From: an uncultured bacterium
GTDB taxonomy: Bacteria > Armatimonadota > Hebobacteria > CAIYQO01
Assembly: GCA_964638715.1 (NCBI GenBank)
Contig: CAZWZF010000019.1
Span: 4,836 to 68,835, forward strand
Direction: 5' to 3'
DNA length: 64,000 nucleotides
Shown in pieces: positions 9,723-18,449 of this stretch (within the stretch, counting starts at the first letter, position 1; each line of letters starts with the position of its first letter). The notes under the pieces were generated by a model, which was given only the letters and a program-made list of their open reading frames with translations, searched no databases and was not told where the DNA came from. The translations under genes were made by a program, and so were the position numbers.

Positions 9723-10942
9723 ATATCATAATTGCAACACCAATTCTGTATGATGCGAAAAGCCCATTTAACCATTTATTTCAAGATATTATTGAAGGTT
9801 TTTTAAGTGATGGCAATCAAGTAACCAGAATTGTTGCCTGCGAGAAAAATGATAACAAAGAATACACCTATGGCATAAATAACAACAATATTCGCTATGT
9901 TGAAGTTATACGCAAAAAGCATGATAAAGGAAATATTATCATGCGGTATATCACTGACAGTGTTACAAACATTAGAATGGCATGGAAAATTTTACAGACT
10001 AAAGATATAGACGTGTTGTTTGAAGACGTTTCTTATTCGTCCTTTTGGAGTGTGCTTGCCGCCAGAATTAAAGGAATAAAAGTTATATCAATGATTCAAG
10101 ACGTCTGGCCGGATAATGCGGTTCAAAGCGGAATATTAACAGAAAAATCATTTATATATAACTATTTTGAAGCATGGCAAAAGTATGTTTATAAAAAGTC
10201 TGATAAATTGATTTGCATTTCAGAAGATATTAAAGAATTCATAATTCAAAAGGGAAATGATAAAGATAAAATATCAGTAATCTACAACTGGGGTTATAGC
10301 GATAAAATAATTGATATCTCATGGGATGAAAATGAATTTGTTAGAAAATATAATCTTAATAAAGATAAGTTTTACGCAGTTTATGCGGGAAATATTGGAA
10401 AAATGCAAAATGTTGAAGTCGTAGTAAAAACAGCGCAAAAATTGAAAGATAATGCAGGTATTCATTTTTTAATTATTGGTAATGGGGTAGAGAGAGAAAA
10501 AATAGCTGAAATGGTATCAATTAACGATATGGCTAATGTTACCATGCTGCCGATGCAGCCATCTGAATTAGCTACTTCGATTTATTCCATGGCAGGTGTG
10601 AATATTATACCGCTTGTTAAAGGCGGGGTTAAAACTGCACTTCCAAGCAAGACAGGTATCTGTTTATCATGTGGAAGTCCAATCTTGCTTTGCTTGGAAA
10701 AAGATTCTAAATATGCACAGTTGATAGAACAGACACAATCCGGGTTTGCCGTTGAATCTGATGATGTAGATGGTGCCGCACGAATTATCAGTAATCTATC
10801 AAATGGTACAATTAAAATTGACCGGGAAAATGTTTGGAAATGTTTCAATGAAAATTTTAATCGTGCTGCTAATATTGAAAAATATAAAAATGCTGTAAAA
10901 ACATGTCGGAGTTCAACCGGTGATGGGAATCACAAAGGCTAA
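9719..10942 (+). CDS. Glycosyltransferase family 4 (WbuB-like)
   Basis: IQDVWPD, VIYNW, YAGNIGKMQN, ALPSK motifs. Confidence 0.9.
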   Translation: MNIIIATPILYDAKSPFNHLFQDIIEGFLSDGNQVTRIVACEKNDNKEYTYGINNNNIRYVEVIRKKHDKGNIIMRYITDSVTNIRMAWKILQTKDIDVLFEDVSYSSFWSVLAARIKGIKVISMIQDVWPDNAVQSGILTEKSFIYNYFEAWQKYVYKKSDKLICISEDIKEFIIQKGNDKDKISVIYNWGYSDKIIDISWDENEFVRKYNLNKDKFYAVYAGNIGKMQNVEVVVKTAQKLKDNAGIHFLIIGNGVEREKIAEMVSINDMANVTMLPMQPSELATSIYSMAGVNIIPLVKGGVKTALPSKTGICLSCGSPILLCLEKDSKYAQLIEQTQSGFAVESDDVDGAARIISNLSNGTIKIDRENVWKCFNENFNRAANIEKYKNAVKTCRSSTGDGNHKG

Positions 10943-10947
10943 AATTG

Positions 10948-11919
10948 ATGTTGCAAAGTGATAAAGAAAATTTTATTGTTGAAAATGGTGGCGAGAGATT
11001 GGATGTTTACCTGACTCGGGTAATGACAGATTTCTCGCGGGCGCGATTGCAGCAGTTAATTAAAGACAGCCAGGTTATGGTGAACGGAAAAGTCGCTAAA
11101 TCAAGCTTGAAATTAGAAAGTGGCGACACTGTTAATATTAATATTCCGCCCCCGGAAAAACCTTTGTCGATAGAGGCGGAAAATATTCCGCTGACTATCA
11201 TCTATCAGGATGCGGACATAGCAGTGATAAACAAGCAGGCCGGTCTGGTGGTGCACCCGGGAAGTGGTAATTGGACAGGAACCCTGGTGAATGCGCTGAT
11301 GCACCATATTACTGATTTGTCTGGAATTGGCGGTGAGTTGCGGCCGGGATTGGTGCATCGTTTAGACAAAGATACCAGCGGATTGATGCTGGTGGCAAAG
11401 AATGATATTGCTCATCGAATCCTGGCTGCCATGATAGAGGAGCGCAAGGTGAAGCGGGAATACCTGGCTTTAACCTGGGGAGTGCCGCGGGAAGATACCT
11501 TTACTGTTGATCAGCCTCTTGGTCGCGACCCGCATGACCGCCAGCGAATGGCAGTGATACCGGAAAGCAGCAGTCAAACATCACGCCATGCGGTGACTCA
11601 TTTTACAGTGATTGAAAAGTTCCAGTTTGCCGCGCTGGTTCGTGCAGAACTGGAAACTGGGCGAACACACCAGGTGCGGGTACACCTGAATTTTCACGGC
11701 AATCCGGTAATTGGCGACCCGGTATATGGTGTAAAGGCTGGCAAACAGGCATTATTGTTGTTTAACGCGGAAGAAAGGAATACCATCAATAAGCTGCCCG
11801 GTCAGGCACTGCACGCGACCAGGCTTACTTTTGAACATCCGACTTTGAAAGAGATGATGACTTTTGAAGTGACGCCGCCAAAGGCATTTGAAAATGTATT
11901 GGATCTATTACGAAAATAG
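10948..11919 (+). CDS. rluD: RluA-family 23S rRNA pseudouridine synthase with S4 domain
   Basis: S4 domain (RLDVYL...SRARLQ), GLVVHPG, VHRLDKDTSG, LETGRTHQVRVH, GDPVYG. Confidence 0.9.
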   Translation: MLQSDKENFIVENGGERLDVYLTRVMTDFSRARLQQLIKDSQVMVNGKVAKSSLKLESGDTVNINIPPPEKPLSIEAENIPLTIIYQDADIAVINKQAGLVVHPGSGNWTGTLVNALMHHITDLSGIGGELRPGLVHRLDKDTSGLMLVAKNDIAHRILAAMIEERKVKREYLALTWGVPREDTFTVDQPLGRDPHDRQRMAVIPESSSQTSRHAVTHFTVIEKFQFAALVRAELETGRTHQVRVHLNFHGNPVIGDPVYGVKAGKQALLLFNAEERNTINKLPGQALHATRLTFEHPTLKEMMTFEVTPPKAFENVLDLLRK

Positions 11920-11941
11920 CGCAGTTTCCACTGCGCTATTT
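11914..11941. terminator. Bidirectional intrinsic terminator between convergent rluD and NlpC/P60 genes
   Basis: AAATAGCGCAG-TTTCCA-CTGCGCTATTT perfect 11-bp stem. Confidence 0.75.
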
Positions 11942-11952
11942 GTTTGAATTAT

Positions 11953-12756
11953 TTATCGTCTGTGTTTATGTTTAGTCTTCTTTGCGACTTTATGTTTGGT
12001 TAACTTCGGTTTTTTTCTGCTGACTTTTTCATGTTTATGCTTTGTATTTTTTTTGTGTTTGTCAGCCGTTGTTTTATGGGATGTTAATGCCGGGGTACCG
12101 CCATTGTTAAATATTCGTCGTGCGCCTACCAGACGGTTGCTGTAATATTCGTCGCTTAACGGGGTAACCACAACTCTGCCGGCACCGGATGACGCATGAA
12201 CGAAATTACCGTTGCTGGTATATATTCCCACGTGACCTATTCTTGCACTGGTGGTATGAAAGAATAACAGGTCGCCTTTTTTAAGTTGATTGCGGCTTAC
12301 CGGAATACCGGTGTTGGATAATGCTGCGGCATTGTGCGGTACATCGCGGCCCATGTCGCGCATTACACGGTAAACTAAACCGCTGCAATCCATACCACGA
12401 CTGGATATACCACCACGTGAATATGGGGTACCCAGAAATGCAAGAGCAGTGTTAACAGCACGGTCAGCGGAAGTCTGGCTTGCCTGGAATGCTTTTGCCC
12501 GCATATTCATCACATGACGGTAGCGTGGAACATGTGATACTTTTTTATAACTTAATGTTTTCTTATGTTTTCGGTTTTTTTTCGGTGATAATCTTTTGCT
12601 GGTGTGTTTTTGTTTACTGTGTTTCGAAACTTTTACTGTATGTTTTACATGGCTATGATTTACCCGACGAGCATACAGATTACCTGTAAAAGCTGCCAAC
12701 AGTAAAACTAAAATAATCACCCGCAATATAACAGTTATCGTATTTTTAAAAATCAT
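11953..12756 (-). CDS. C40 (NlpC/P60) cell-wall peptidase with signal peptide and His/Lys-rich basic arms
   Basis: LGTPYSRGG..GMDCSGLV, GDLLFF, HVGIY, FVHAS; GGAGG RBS before ATG 12756. Confidence 0.92.
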   Translation of the reverse strand: MIFKNTITVILRVIILVLLLAAFTGNLYARRVNHSHVKHTVKVSKHSKQKHTSKRLSPKKNRKHKKTLSYKKVSHVPRYRHVMNMRAKAFQASQTSADRAVNTALAFLGTPYSRGGISSRGMDCSGLVYRVMRDMGRDVPHNAAALSNTGIPVSRNQLKKGDLLFFHTTSARIGHVGIYTSNGNFVHASSGAGRVVVTPLSDEYYSNRLVGARRIFNNGGTPALTSHKTTADKHKKNTKHKHEKVSRKKPKLTKHKVAKKTKHKHRR

Positions 12757-12791
12757 TAATCCTCCCTCGGGGTTATCCCGAGTACGGGAAG

Positions 12792-12820
12792 AGTATACCA
12801 ATTGAAATAACCGTTGTCAA
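12792..12820 (-). promoter_or_regulatory. Sigma70 promoter of NlpC/P60 gene
   Basis: TTGACA (12820-12815), 17-bp spacer, TATACT (12797-12792). Confidence 0.8.
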
Positions 12821-12828
12821 CCCCTGAC

Positions 12829-12859
12829 TTATCCACAACCCTTTATATAGTGTGGATAA
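12829..12859. promoter_or_regulatory. Two inverted perfect DnaA boxes enclosing an NrdR-box-like palindrome
   Basis: TTATCCACA 12829-12837, TGTGGATAA 12851-12859; ACCCTTTATATAGTGT 12838-12853 matches acaCwAtATaTwGtgt at 14/16. Confidence 0.7.
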
Positions 12860-12922
12860 CTTTTTGACACCACACAGGTGTAGTGTTTGACATGGAAATG
12901 GTGGCAAATAGAGGGTGCGGTT

Positions 12923-13918
12923 TTACTGTCGTTTCAGCAAATAAAGGAAGAATAGGCAGCCAATAATACTGGTTACTACACCGATGGGGATTTCCTGATC
13001 TGGTAATGTAATACGTGCCGCGATGTCTGCCCAGGTTAGCAGAATACCGCCGCCAAGCATGCTGGCGGGGAGCAGGATACGGTGATTTGGACCGGTGATG
13101 ATGCGCATGATATGAGGCACAATTAAACCGACAAACGCGATGATGCCGGTTACTGCTACCGTACCGGATGCCAGCATTGCCGCAGTGAATAACAGTATCA
13201 ATCGGACTTTTTCTATCGGTATTCCCAGATAATGTGCTGTTTCATCACCTTGAGCCAAAATATTTAAATCGCGGGTGAATATGAAAGTTATCACTAATCC
13301 TACGATGGTGTATGGCAGCAATATCTGGCAATGGCTCCAGTCGCGATTTGCCAGGCTGCCCATCAGCCAATTCAATACAGTATGCAAATCTGTAGAACTG
13401 CGTCCCAATAAAAATGCGGTGGTTACCGCTGACAGCAATCCGCCTACTGCGATACCGGTAAGCAGCAATGTGCTGATTGGTACTTTTCCGCGTCGTTTTG
13501 ACAGCAAATATACAATCATGGTGGCGGCTAACCCGCCGGCGAAAGAGCATAACCCGACCATATTGCCAGCAGAACTGAATCCGAGAAGAATTGCGGCAAC
13601 ACCACCAAGTGATGCGCCGGATGATACTCCGATGATATACGGGTCGGCCATCGGGTTGTGGAATATCGACTGCATCAGCATGCCGGATACCGCTAAAGAT
13701 GCACCAGCGAGGATTGCCAGTACAATGCGCGGCAGCCGAATAGACCAGATGATGATATCATTTGAGTTAGTTGAATCGTGTCCAAATATGTGGTCTTGCA
13801 GAACGGACAATATATCAGTTACTTTTATGCTGACCGAACCCATGCCTATCGATATTATAGCACTGACTATTAATAGTGCCGCAAGTATGAAGATGATTAT
13901 CCATTCTTTTCTTTTCAT
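12923..13918 (-). CDS. FecCD/BtuC family ABC transporter permease
   Basis: IRLPRI, NPMADPYIIGVSSGA, GDETAHYLG, IAFVGLIVPH, IPIGVVTSIIG. Confidence 0.95.
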   Translation of the reverse strand: MKRKEWIIIFILAALLIVSAIISIGMGSVSIKVTDILSVLQDHIFGHDSTNSNDIIIWSIRLPRIVLAILAGASLAVSGMLMQSIFHNPMADPYIIGVSSGASLGGVAAILLGFSSAGNMVGLCSFAGGLAATMIVYLLSKRRGKVPISTLLLTGIAVGGLLSAVTTAFLLGRSSTDLHTVLNWLMGSLANRDWSHCQILLPYTIVGLVITFIFTRDLNILAQGDETAHYLGIPIEKVRLILLFTAAMLASGTVAVTGIIAFVGLIVPHIMRIITGPNHRILLPASMLGGGILLTWADIAARITLPDQEIPIGVVTSIIGCLFFLYLLKRQ

Positions 13919-14727
13919 TCTTCCGGCTCCAGATTAATTATCGGTGCCCGCGTCACCAAGATATGCGGCTGTCCGCTATGAGGATTTTGCGCTACGCATA
14001 CCAGCGCGCCATATACCGACAGCAGGTTTTCTTCTGTTACTACTTCGGTTGCTGTACCGCTGGTGAATATTCGTCCTTCAGAAAACAGCGCGATTCGCGG
14101 ACAATATTCCGCTGCCAGGTTAATATCATGTGATATGCAGATGGTACCGATGCCGTGCTCTTCGCTCAATTTTCGCAATAGTGTGAAAATATCCAATTGG
14201 TGTCCGATATCCAGATGGGCGGTAGGTTCATCCAATAATAATATACGCGGCTGCTGTGCCAATGCCCGGGCGATGATTACCCGCTGCAATTCACCGGATG
14301 ACAGGTGGTCGATGCACCTTTTCGCGAGATGGGCAACATCAGCAAGTTCCATGGCGGTGTCAACGGCTTCAGCGTCTGCTTTGCCGGGTGATTTGAATCT
14401 GCCCAGGTGCGGGTGGCGTCCCAACTCAACTATTTCACGCACGGTGAAACTAAAAGTGGGGTGGGTGACTGCGGGAACAACGGCTATTAAACGTGCCTGC
14501 TGCTGGCGGGTGAATGAATTAATGGGTTTTTCCATCAGTTTAATGTTGCCGGATGAGAGGTGAAGCAAACCGGTTATTGCTCTTAACAGGGTACTTTTTC
14601 CCGAACCGTTTGGACCGATAACACCCAGAAAATCGCCGGATTTCAGCGTCAGGTCAACCCCGCGCAGAATATCGCGCTCACCATAACCGCCAGAAACATT
14701 TTCAACTGTCAGCAAAACATCGGTCAT
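13915..14727 (-). CDS. ABC transporter ATP-binding protein (FecE/BtuD/HmuV type)
   Basis: Walker A GPNGSGKS, LSSGELQR, LLLDEPTAHLD, SHDINLA. Confidence 0.95.
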   Translation of the reverse strand: MTDVLLTVENVSGGYGERDILRGVDLTLKSGDFLGVIGPNGSGKSTLLRAITGLLHLSSGNIKLMEKPINSFTRQQQARLIAVVPAVTHPTFSFTVREIVELGRHPHLGRFKSPGKADAEAVDTAMELADVAHLAKRCIDHLSSGELQRVIIARALAQQPRILLLDEPTAHLDIGHQLDIFTLLRKLSEEHGIGTICISHDINLAAEYCPRIALFSEGRIFTSGTATEVVTEENLLSVYGALVCVAQNPHSGQPHILVTRAPIINLEPEE

Positions 14728-15656
14728 TATTTAATCCAGGCGGGTGTTTTTATAATCTTCGGGTACAGGCTGTAGGCAATCAGCCACAAACCTTTTGATA
14801 ATCGCGGACCAGGCAGGGTAGTCATATCTTCATCTAAAATATATACACGACCATTTTTTACTGCATTCATATTTTCCCAGCGTTTGTCTGCCCGCATTTT
14901 TGCAATTAAATCTTTCGCGGTGACATTTTTCATGGTACCCATTGCCACGGTGGTGATTATTACATCGGGGTTGGATGATACTACCATCTCCAATGATAAT
15001 TGCGGCCAGGGTTTATTTGTCTTGGCGGCGATATTTTTACCGCCTGCTTTGGTTATCATATTATCAATATGCGACCCGGTGCCGGCACTGAATAATGAAT
15101 CGTAAGGCGGGAATAAAAATAAAACTTTTAAACGTTTGCTGTCAGGTATCTTTGCTACTGTTGTTTCGACATATTTTATCTCAGTTTTCATTTTTTCTAC
15201 AGTTTTTTTTGCCTGCTCTGAACATCCAATAACATTGCCGATGGTTATAATATCGCGCAGAGTTGTGGGGATATCAACAGCATCAACTGTCATTATTTTC
15301 AATCCTGATTTTTCCATTTGCGAAATAGCGTCAAGGTTGTTTCCGCGTGAGGCAATGATTAAGTCTGGTTTTAACGAAGATATTTTCTCTACGTTTGGTT
15401 TTAAATAATCGCCAATTTTTGGCAGCTTCAATGCTTGCGGTGGATAGTCGCAAAACATTGTGTCTGCTATTACGCGTTTACCGGCACCAATTTCAAATAA
15501 AATTTCGGTAACATTTGGCGCCATGGAAATTATACGCTGTGGTACTGAATTAATTGTTATAACCTTGCCGCGCGAATCAGTAATCTTTACCGGTCCAGCA
15601 GCATAAACAGTTAATATAGATAAAAATATTGTTAAAACCAGGAAAAAACGCATCAT
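14727..15656 (-). CDS. Helical-backbone substrate-binding protein (BtuF-like cobalamin/siderophore binding)
   Basis: PQRIISMAPNVTEILF, CDYPP, PNVEKI..LKPDLI, AVKNGRVY..PGPRL; alternative TTG start at 15671. Confidence 0.9.
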   Translation of the reverse strand: MMRFFLVLTIFLSILTVYAAGPVKITDSRGKVITINSVPQRIISMAPNVTEILFEIGAGKRVIADTMFCDYPPQALKLPKIGDYLKPNVEKISSLKPDLIIASRGNNLDAISQMEKSGLKIMTVDAVDIPTTLRDIITIGNVIGCSEQAKKTVEKMKTEIKYVETTVAKIPDSKRLKVLFLFPPYDSLFSAGTGSHIDNMITKAGGKNIAAKTNKPWPQLSLEMVVSSNPDVIITTVAMGTMKNVTAKDLIAKMRADKRWENMNAVKNGRVYILDEDMTTLPGPRLSKGLWLIAYSLYPKIIKTPAWIK

Positions 15657-15710
15657 AATACCCCGCGCCAAATCTTAACTGTATACCGGGTGATAGTCAA
15701 GAGCGACGGA

Positions 15711-15788
15711 ATTGACAATTGACGATTGACAATTGAAAATTAAACTGAAAACTAAAAACTAAAAACTGAAAACTGAAAACTGAAAACT
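15711..15788 (+). repeat. Heptanucleotide tandem repeat array (ATTGACA-type units followed by GAAAACT-type units)
   Basis: attgaca attgacg attgaca attgaaa ... gaaaact aaaaact aaaaact gaaaact gaaaact gaaaact. Confidence 0.85.
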
Positions 15789-15799
15789 TTTATAACTTT

Positions 15800-15808
15800 T
15801 GGTATAAT
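15800..15808 (+). promoter_or_regulatory. Extended -10 element (TGnTATAAT) directly before start codon, probable leaderless mRNA
   Basis: TGGTATAAT 15800-15808, ATG at 15814, no Shine-Dalgarno. Confidence 0.55.
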
Positions 15809-15813
15809 AAGGC

Positions 15814-16569
15814 ATGAATAGTAATCTTGCTGGCAAGACGGCTTTAATTACTGGTGCGGCGGTACGGTTGGGACGCGCGACGGCGTTGGCACTTGGGGAA
15901 CAAGGCGTTAATGTTGTCGTGCATTACAACAGGTCACTTGCCGAAGCTGGGTCATTACACGATGAATTGATTTCATCCGGGGTGAAAAGCTGGCTGGTAC
16001 AGGCAGATTTGTTGGTTGATGATGATTTGCAGGGATTAATTCCGCGTGTACAGGAAATTACAGGTGGATTTGATATCCTTATTAATAACGCATCCATATT
16101 TCCGCCGGATACTATGAGCGGCATGACTTTTGAAAGTGTTATGCATAATATGCGCGTAAATGCCTGGGCACCGTATTTGTTGGGACGTGATTTTGCAAAA
16201 TATTGCAAAACCGGGAATATCATAAACTTTCTCGATGCGCGATTGCCCGGATATGATTGGCAGCACGCGTCATACACCCTTAGCAAGCACACCCTGGCTC
16301 TGCTGACACGAATGACGGCGTTGGAATACGCACCGGATATTCGGGTAAACGCTGTTGCTCCCGGATTGATATTACCGCCGCCAGGTAAAGACGAATCATT
16401 TTTGGAGCCGTTAATTCCGTTAGTGCCATTGGGCAGGCACGGCACCGCAGAAGAGATTGCCCAAGCAGTAATATATTTGCTGCAAAACGAATTTATCACC
16501 GGTGAAACTGTATATATTGATGGTGGAAGACACCTGAAGGAGCCGTCACATGGATCAAATACATATTAA
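15814..16569 (+). CDS. SDR oxidoreductase, pteridine/dihydromonapterin reductase-like (FolM/PTR1)
   Basis: TGAAVRLG, VHYNRS, LINNAS, YxxxK (YTLSK), VNAVAPG; overlaps folB. Confidence 0.85.
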   Translation: MNSNLAGKTALITGAAVRLGRATALALGEQGVNVVVHYNRSLAEAGSLHDELISSGVKSWLVQADLLVDDDLQGLIPRVQEITGGFDILINNASIFPPDTMSGMTFESVMHNMRVNAWAPYLLGRDFAKYCKTGNIINFLDARLPGYDWQHASYTLSKHTLALLTRMTALEYAPDIRVNAVAPGLILPPPGKDESFLEPLIPLVPLGRHGTAEEIAQAVIYLLQNEFITGETVYIDGGRHLKEPSHGSNTY

Positions 16570-16900
16570 TGACCTGCGGGTAAATGCGATAATTGGTGTT
16601 TATGAAAATGAACGCGTTACCCGTCAGCCACTGATTATCAATGTAACATTGAATACCGATATTTCAAAAGCCGCCATTACTGATGATCTGGGGGATGCTG
16701 TTGACTATGATGATTTGGCGAAAGAAATCACCAATGCAGCGCAAAATACCAGTTGCCAATTAATAGAAACTTTGGCGGTAAAATTAGCAAATATTTGTCT
16801 GGCAAATAAAAAAGTAAATAGCGTGACGATAAAAATTGAGAAACCTGGTGCTATTGCAAATGCCCGCAGTTCGGCGGTAGTAATCAGTCGTGGAAAATGA
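16550..16900 (+). CDS. folB: Dihydroneopterin aldolase
   Basis: MDQIHINDL...IIGVYENER..QPL, DAVDY, LIETLA, IEKP. Confidence 0.95.
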   Translation: MDQIHINDLRVNAIIGVYENERVTRQPLIINVTLNTDISKAAITDDLGDAVDYDDLAKEITNAAQNTSCQLIETLAVKLANICLANKKVNSVTIKIEKPGAIANARSSAVVISRGK

Positions 16901-16989
16901 TATAATTTTATCGATAGGTAGTTTATTAATTACCTTATTCGCAAATATTGCAGTACAATTATAGAAACAGAAAAGGAAAAATAACCTAT

Positions 16990-17445
16990 ATGGTAACCGG
17001 ATCACAATTAGGCAGGCCAGTTATAATATTAATGATTGAAGACAACCCGGGTGACGTGTTGTTGACGATGGAAGCATTGAAGGAAGTTAAAATTCGCAAC
17101 ACTGTACATGTTGCGAAGGATGGCGTTGAAGGTATCGAATTTCTTCATCGCCAGGGACAATTCGCCGATGCACCGCGTCCAGATATAATCCTGTTAGACC
17201 TTAACCTGCCCCGCAAGGATGGGCGCGAGGTTCTTGCCGAGATTAAGGCAGACCCGGAGTTGCGCCGAATCCCGGTAGTTATTCTCACCACATCAACGGC
17301 AGAACAGGATGTATTAAAAACATATAACCTGCACGCAAATTGTTATATCACCAAGCCGGTAGACCTTGACCAGTTCATTTCAGTTGTACAGTCCATAGAA
17401 AATTTCTGGTTCTCTATTGTTAAATTGGCACCATCAGAACAATAG
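16990..17445 (+). CDS. Single-domain response regulator (Rcp1-like)
   Basis: [43 protein letters not shown]. Confidence 0.92.
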   Translation: MVTGSQLGRPVIILMIEDNPGDVLLTMEALKEVKIRNTVHVAKDGVEGIEFLHRQGQFADAPRPDIILLDLNLPRKDGREVLAEIKADPELRRIPVVILTTSTAEQDVLKTYNLHANCYITKPVDLDQFISVVQSIENFWFSIVKLAPSEQ

Positions 17446-17606
17446 ACTTGTCCGGAAATAAGGAATGAGTAGATTTTGAGGCTATTTTTTCGTCAGACAA
17501 GGCGTTTATTTTTCACTTTATCTGGATTGATAAATGTAGAATAAACAACGCTGTATGGCGGAAAAAGAGTCCAAAAAATGCCATTATTTATTTTCGGACA
17601 TGTCTA
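17443..17606. mobile_element. 164-bp MITE-like element with terminal inverted repeats and TA ends
   Basis: Left TAGACTTGTCCGGAAATAAGGAATG vs reverse complement of right end TAGACATGTCCGAAAATAAATAATG (21/25); interior also self-complementary; no ORF. Confidence 0.75.
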
Positions 17607-17668
17607 ATAATCGGAAAAGAGTAAATATTGGTTAATATTTTAAATAATCCTGTTGAATCGAGAAAAAT

Positions 17669-18424
17669 TTGGAAATAACTGCTAATTGCATTATTACTGC
17701 ATTTGACCTTGAAACAACGGGATTATCTGCCAGTTGGGACAGGATAGTAGAGTTGGGTGCCATTCGCTGGCAAAATGGCATTGAAATAGACAGCTACCAA
17801 TGCCTGATAAATCCTCAGCGTCCCATGCCGCCAGCCGTTATCGAGGTTCATGGCATTACCGATGACGATGTGAAAGACAGCCCGATTATCGAAGAAAAAC
17901 TTTCAGAGTTTATCGATTTTTTGCAGACAGATATCGTCGTGGCGCACAACGCCCGTTTTGATATCGGTTTTCTTCGTCAATCATGCCTGCGCGCCGGTAT
18001 CGCCATGCCGTCACTGCATTATATAGACACCTGCGCTCTCGCACGCCGCACTTTCCCCGGTCTCACCAGTTACAGCCTGCCCACTCTGCGCGACCATTTT
18101 GGCTTGGGCGGCACTGTATCCCACCGTGCCATGGAAGATACCCGCGTCTGCCTGCAGCTATTTCTGCTGTGCATCGACAACGGCGGAGTAATTCGCGAAT
18201 ATTTCAATGAAGGCATGGAAGGCCTGCCCCAACACCTGGAAAGCGTAAAAACCGCCATAGCGGAACACCGCGAAGTGATGATTGAATACTGCGACGGCAA
18301 AGGCCGGGTAACAAAGCGTCGAATATTACCCCTCGGAGTAGACGGCGGCATCCTGCAAGCCCACTGCACCCTCCGCAACGACAACCGGCATTTTAATATT
18401 GAAAGAATTCGAAGAGTTTGGTGA
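17669..18424 (+). CDS. DnaQ-like DEDDh 3'-5' exonuclease fused to C-terminal WYL domain
   Basis: ExoI DLETTG, ExoII AHNARFD, ExoIII HRAMED; C-terminus IEY.D.KGRVTKRRILP...AHCTLRNDNRHFNIERI is WYL-like. Confidence 0.88.
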   Translation: MEITANCIITAFDLETTGLSASWDRIVELGAIRWQNGIEIDSYQCLINPQRPMPPAVIEVHGITDDDVKDSPIIEEKLSEFIDFLQTDIVVAHNARFDIGFLRQSCLRAGIAMPSLHYIDTCALARRTFPGLTSYSLPTLRDHFGLGGTVSHRAMEDTRVCLQLFLLCIDNGGVIREYFNEGMEGLPQHLESVKTAIAEHREVMIEYCDGKGRVTKRRILPLGVDGGILQAHCTLRNDNRHFNIERIRRVW

Positions 18425-18449
18425 AATAAGAATTCGTAATTGCTTCTTC

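Noticed and set aside
12829-12859. DnaA box pair as oriC
   Set aside because: Only two perfect boxes in a ~165-bp intergenic region, no dnaA/dnaN nearby, no clear unwinding element
15680-15695. Fourth copy of operator A (TGTATACCGGGTGATA)
   Set aside because: Only the left half matches; palindrome broken
15672-15813. Cobalamin riboswitch upstream of the btuF-like gene
   Set aside because: Region is short, filled by heptamer repeats and lacks B12-box motifs, so the substrate stays unassigned
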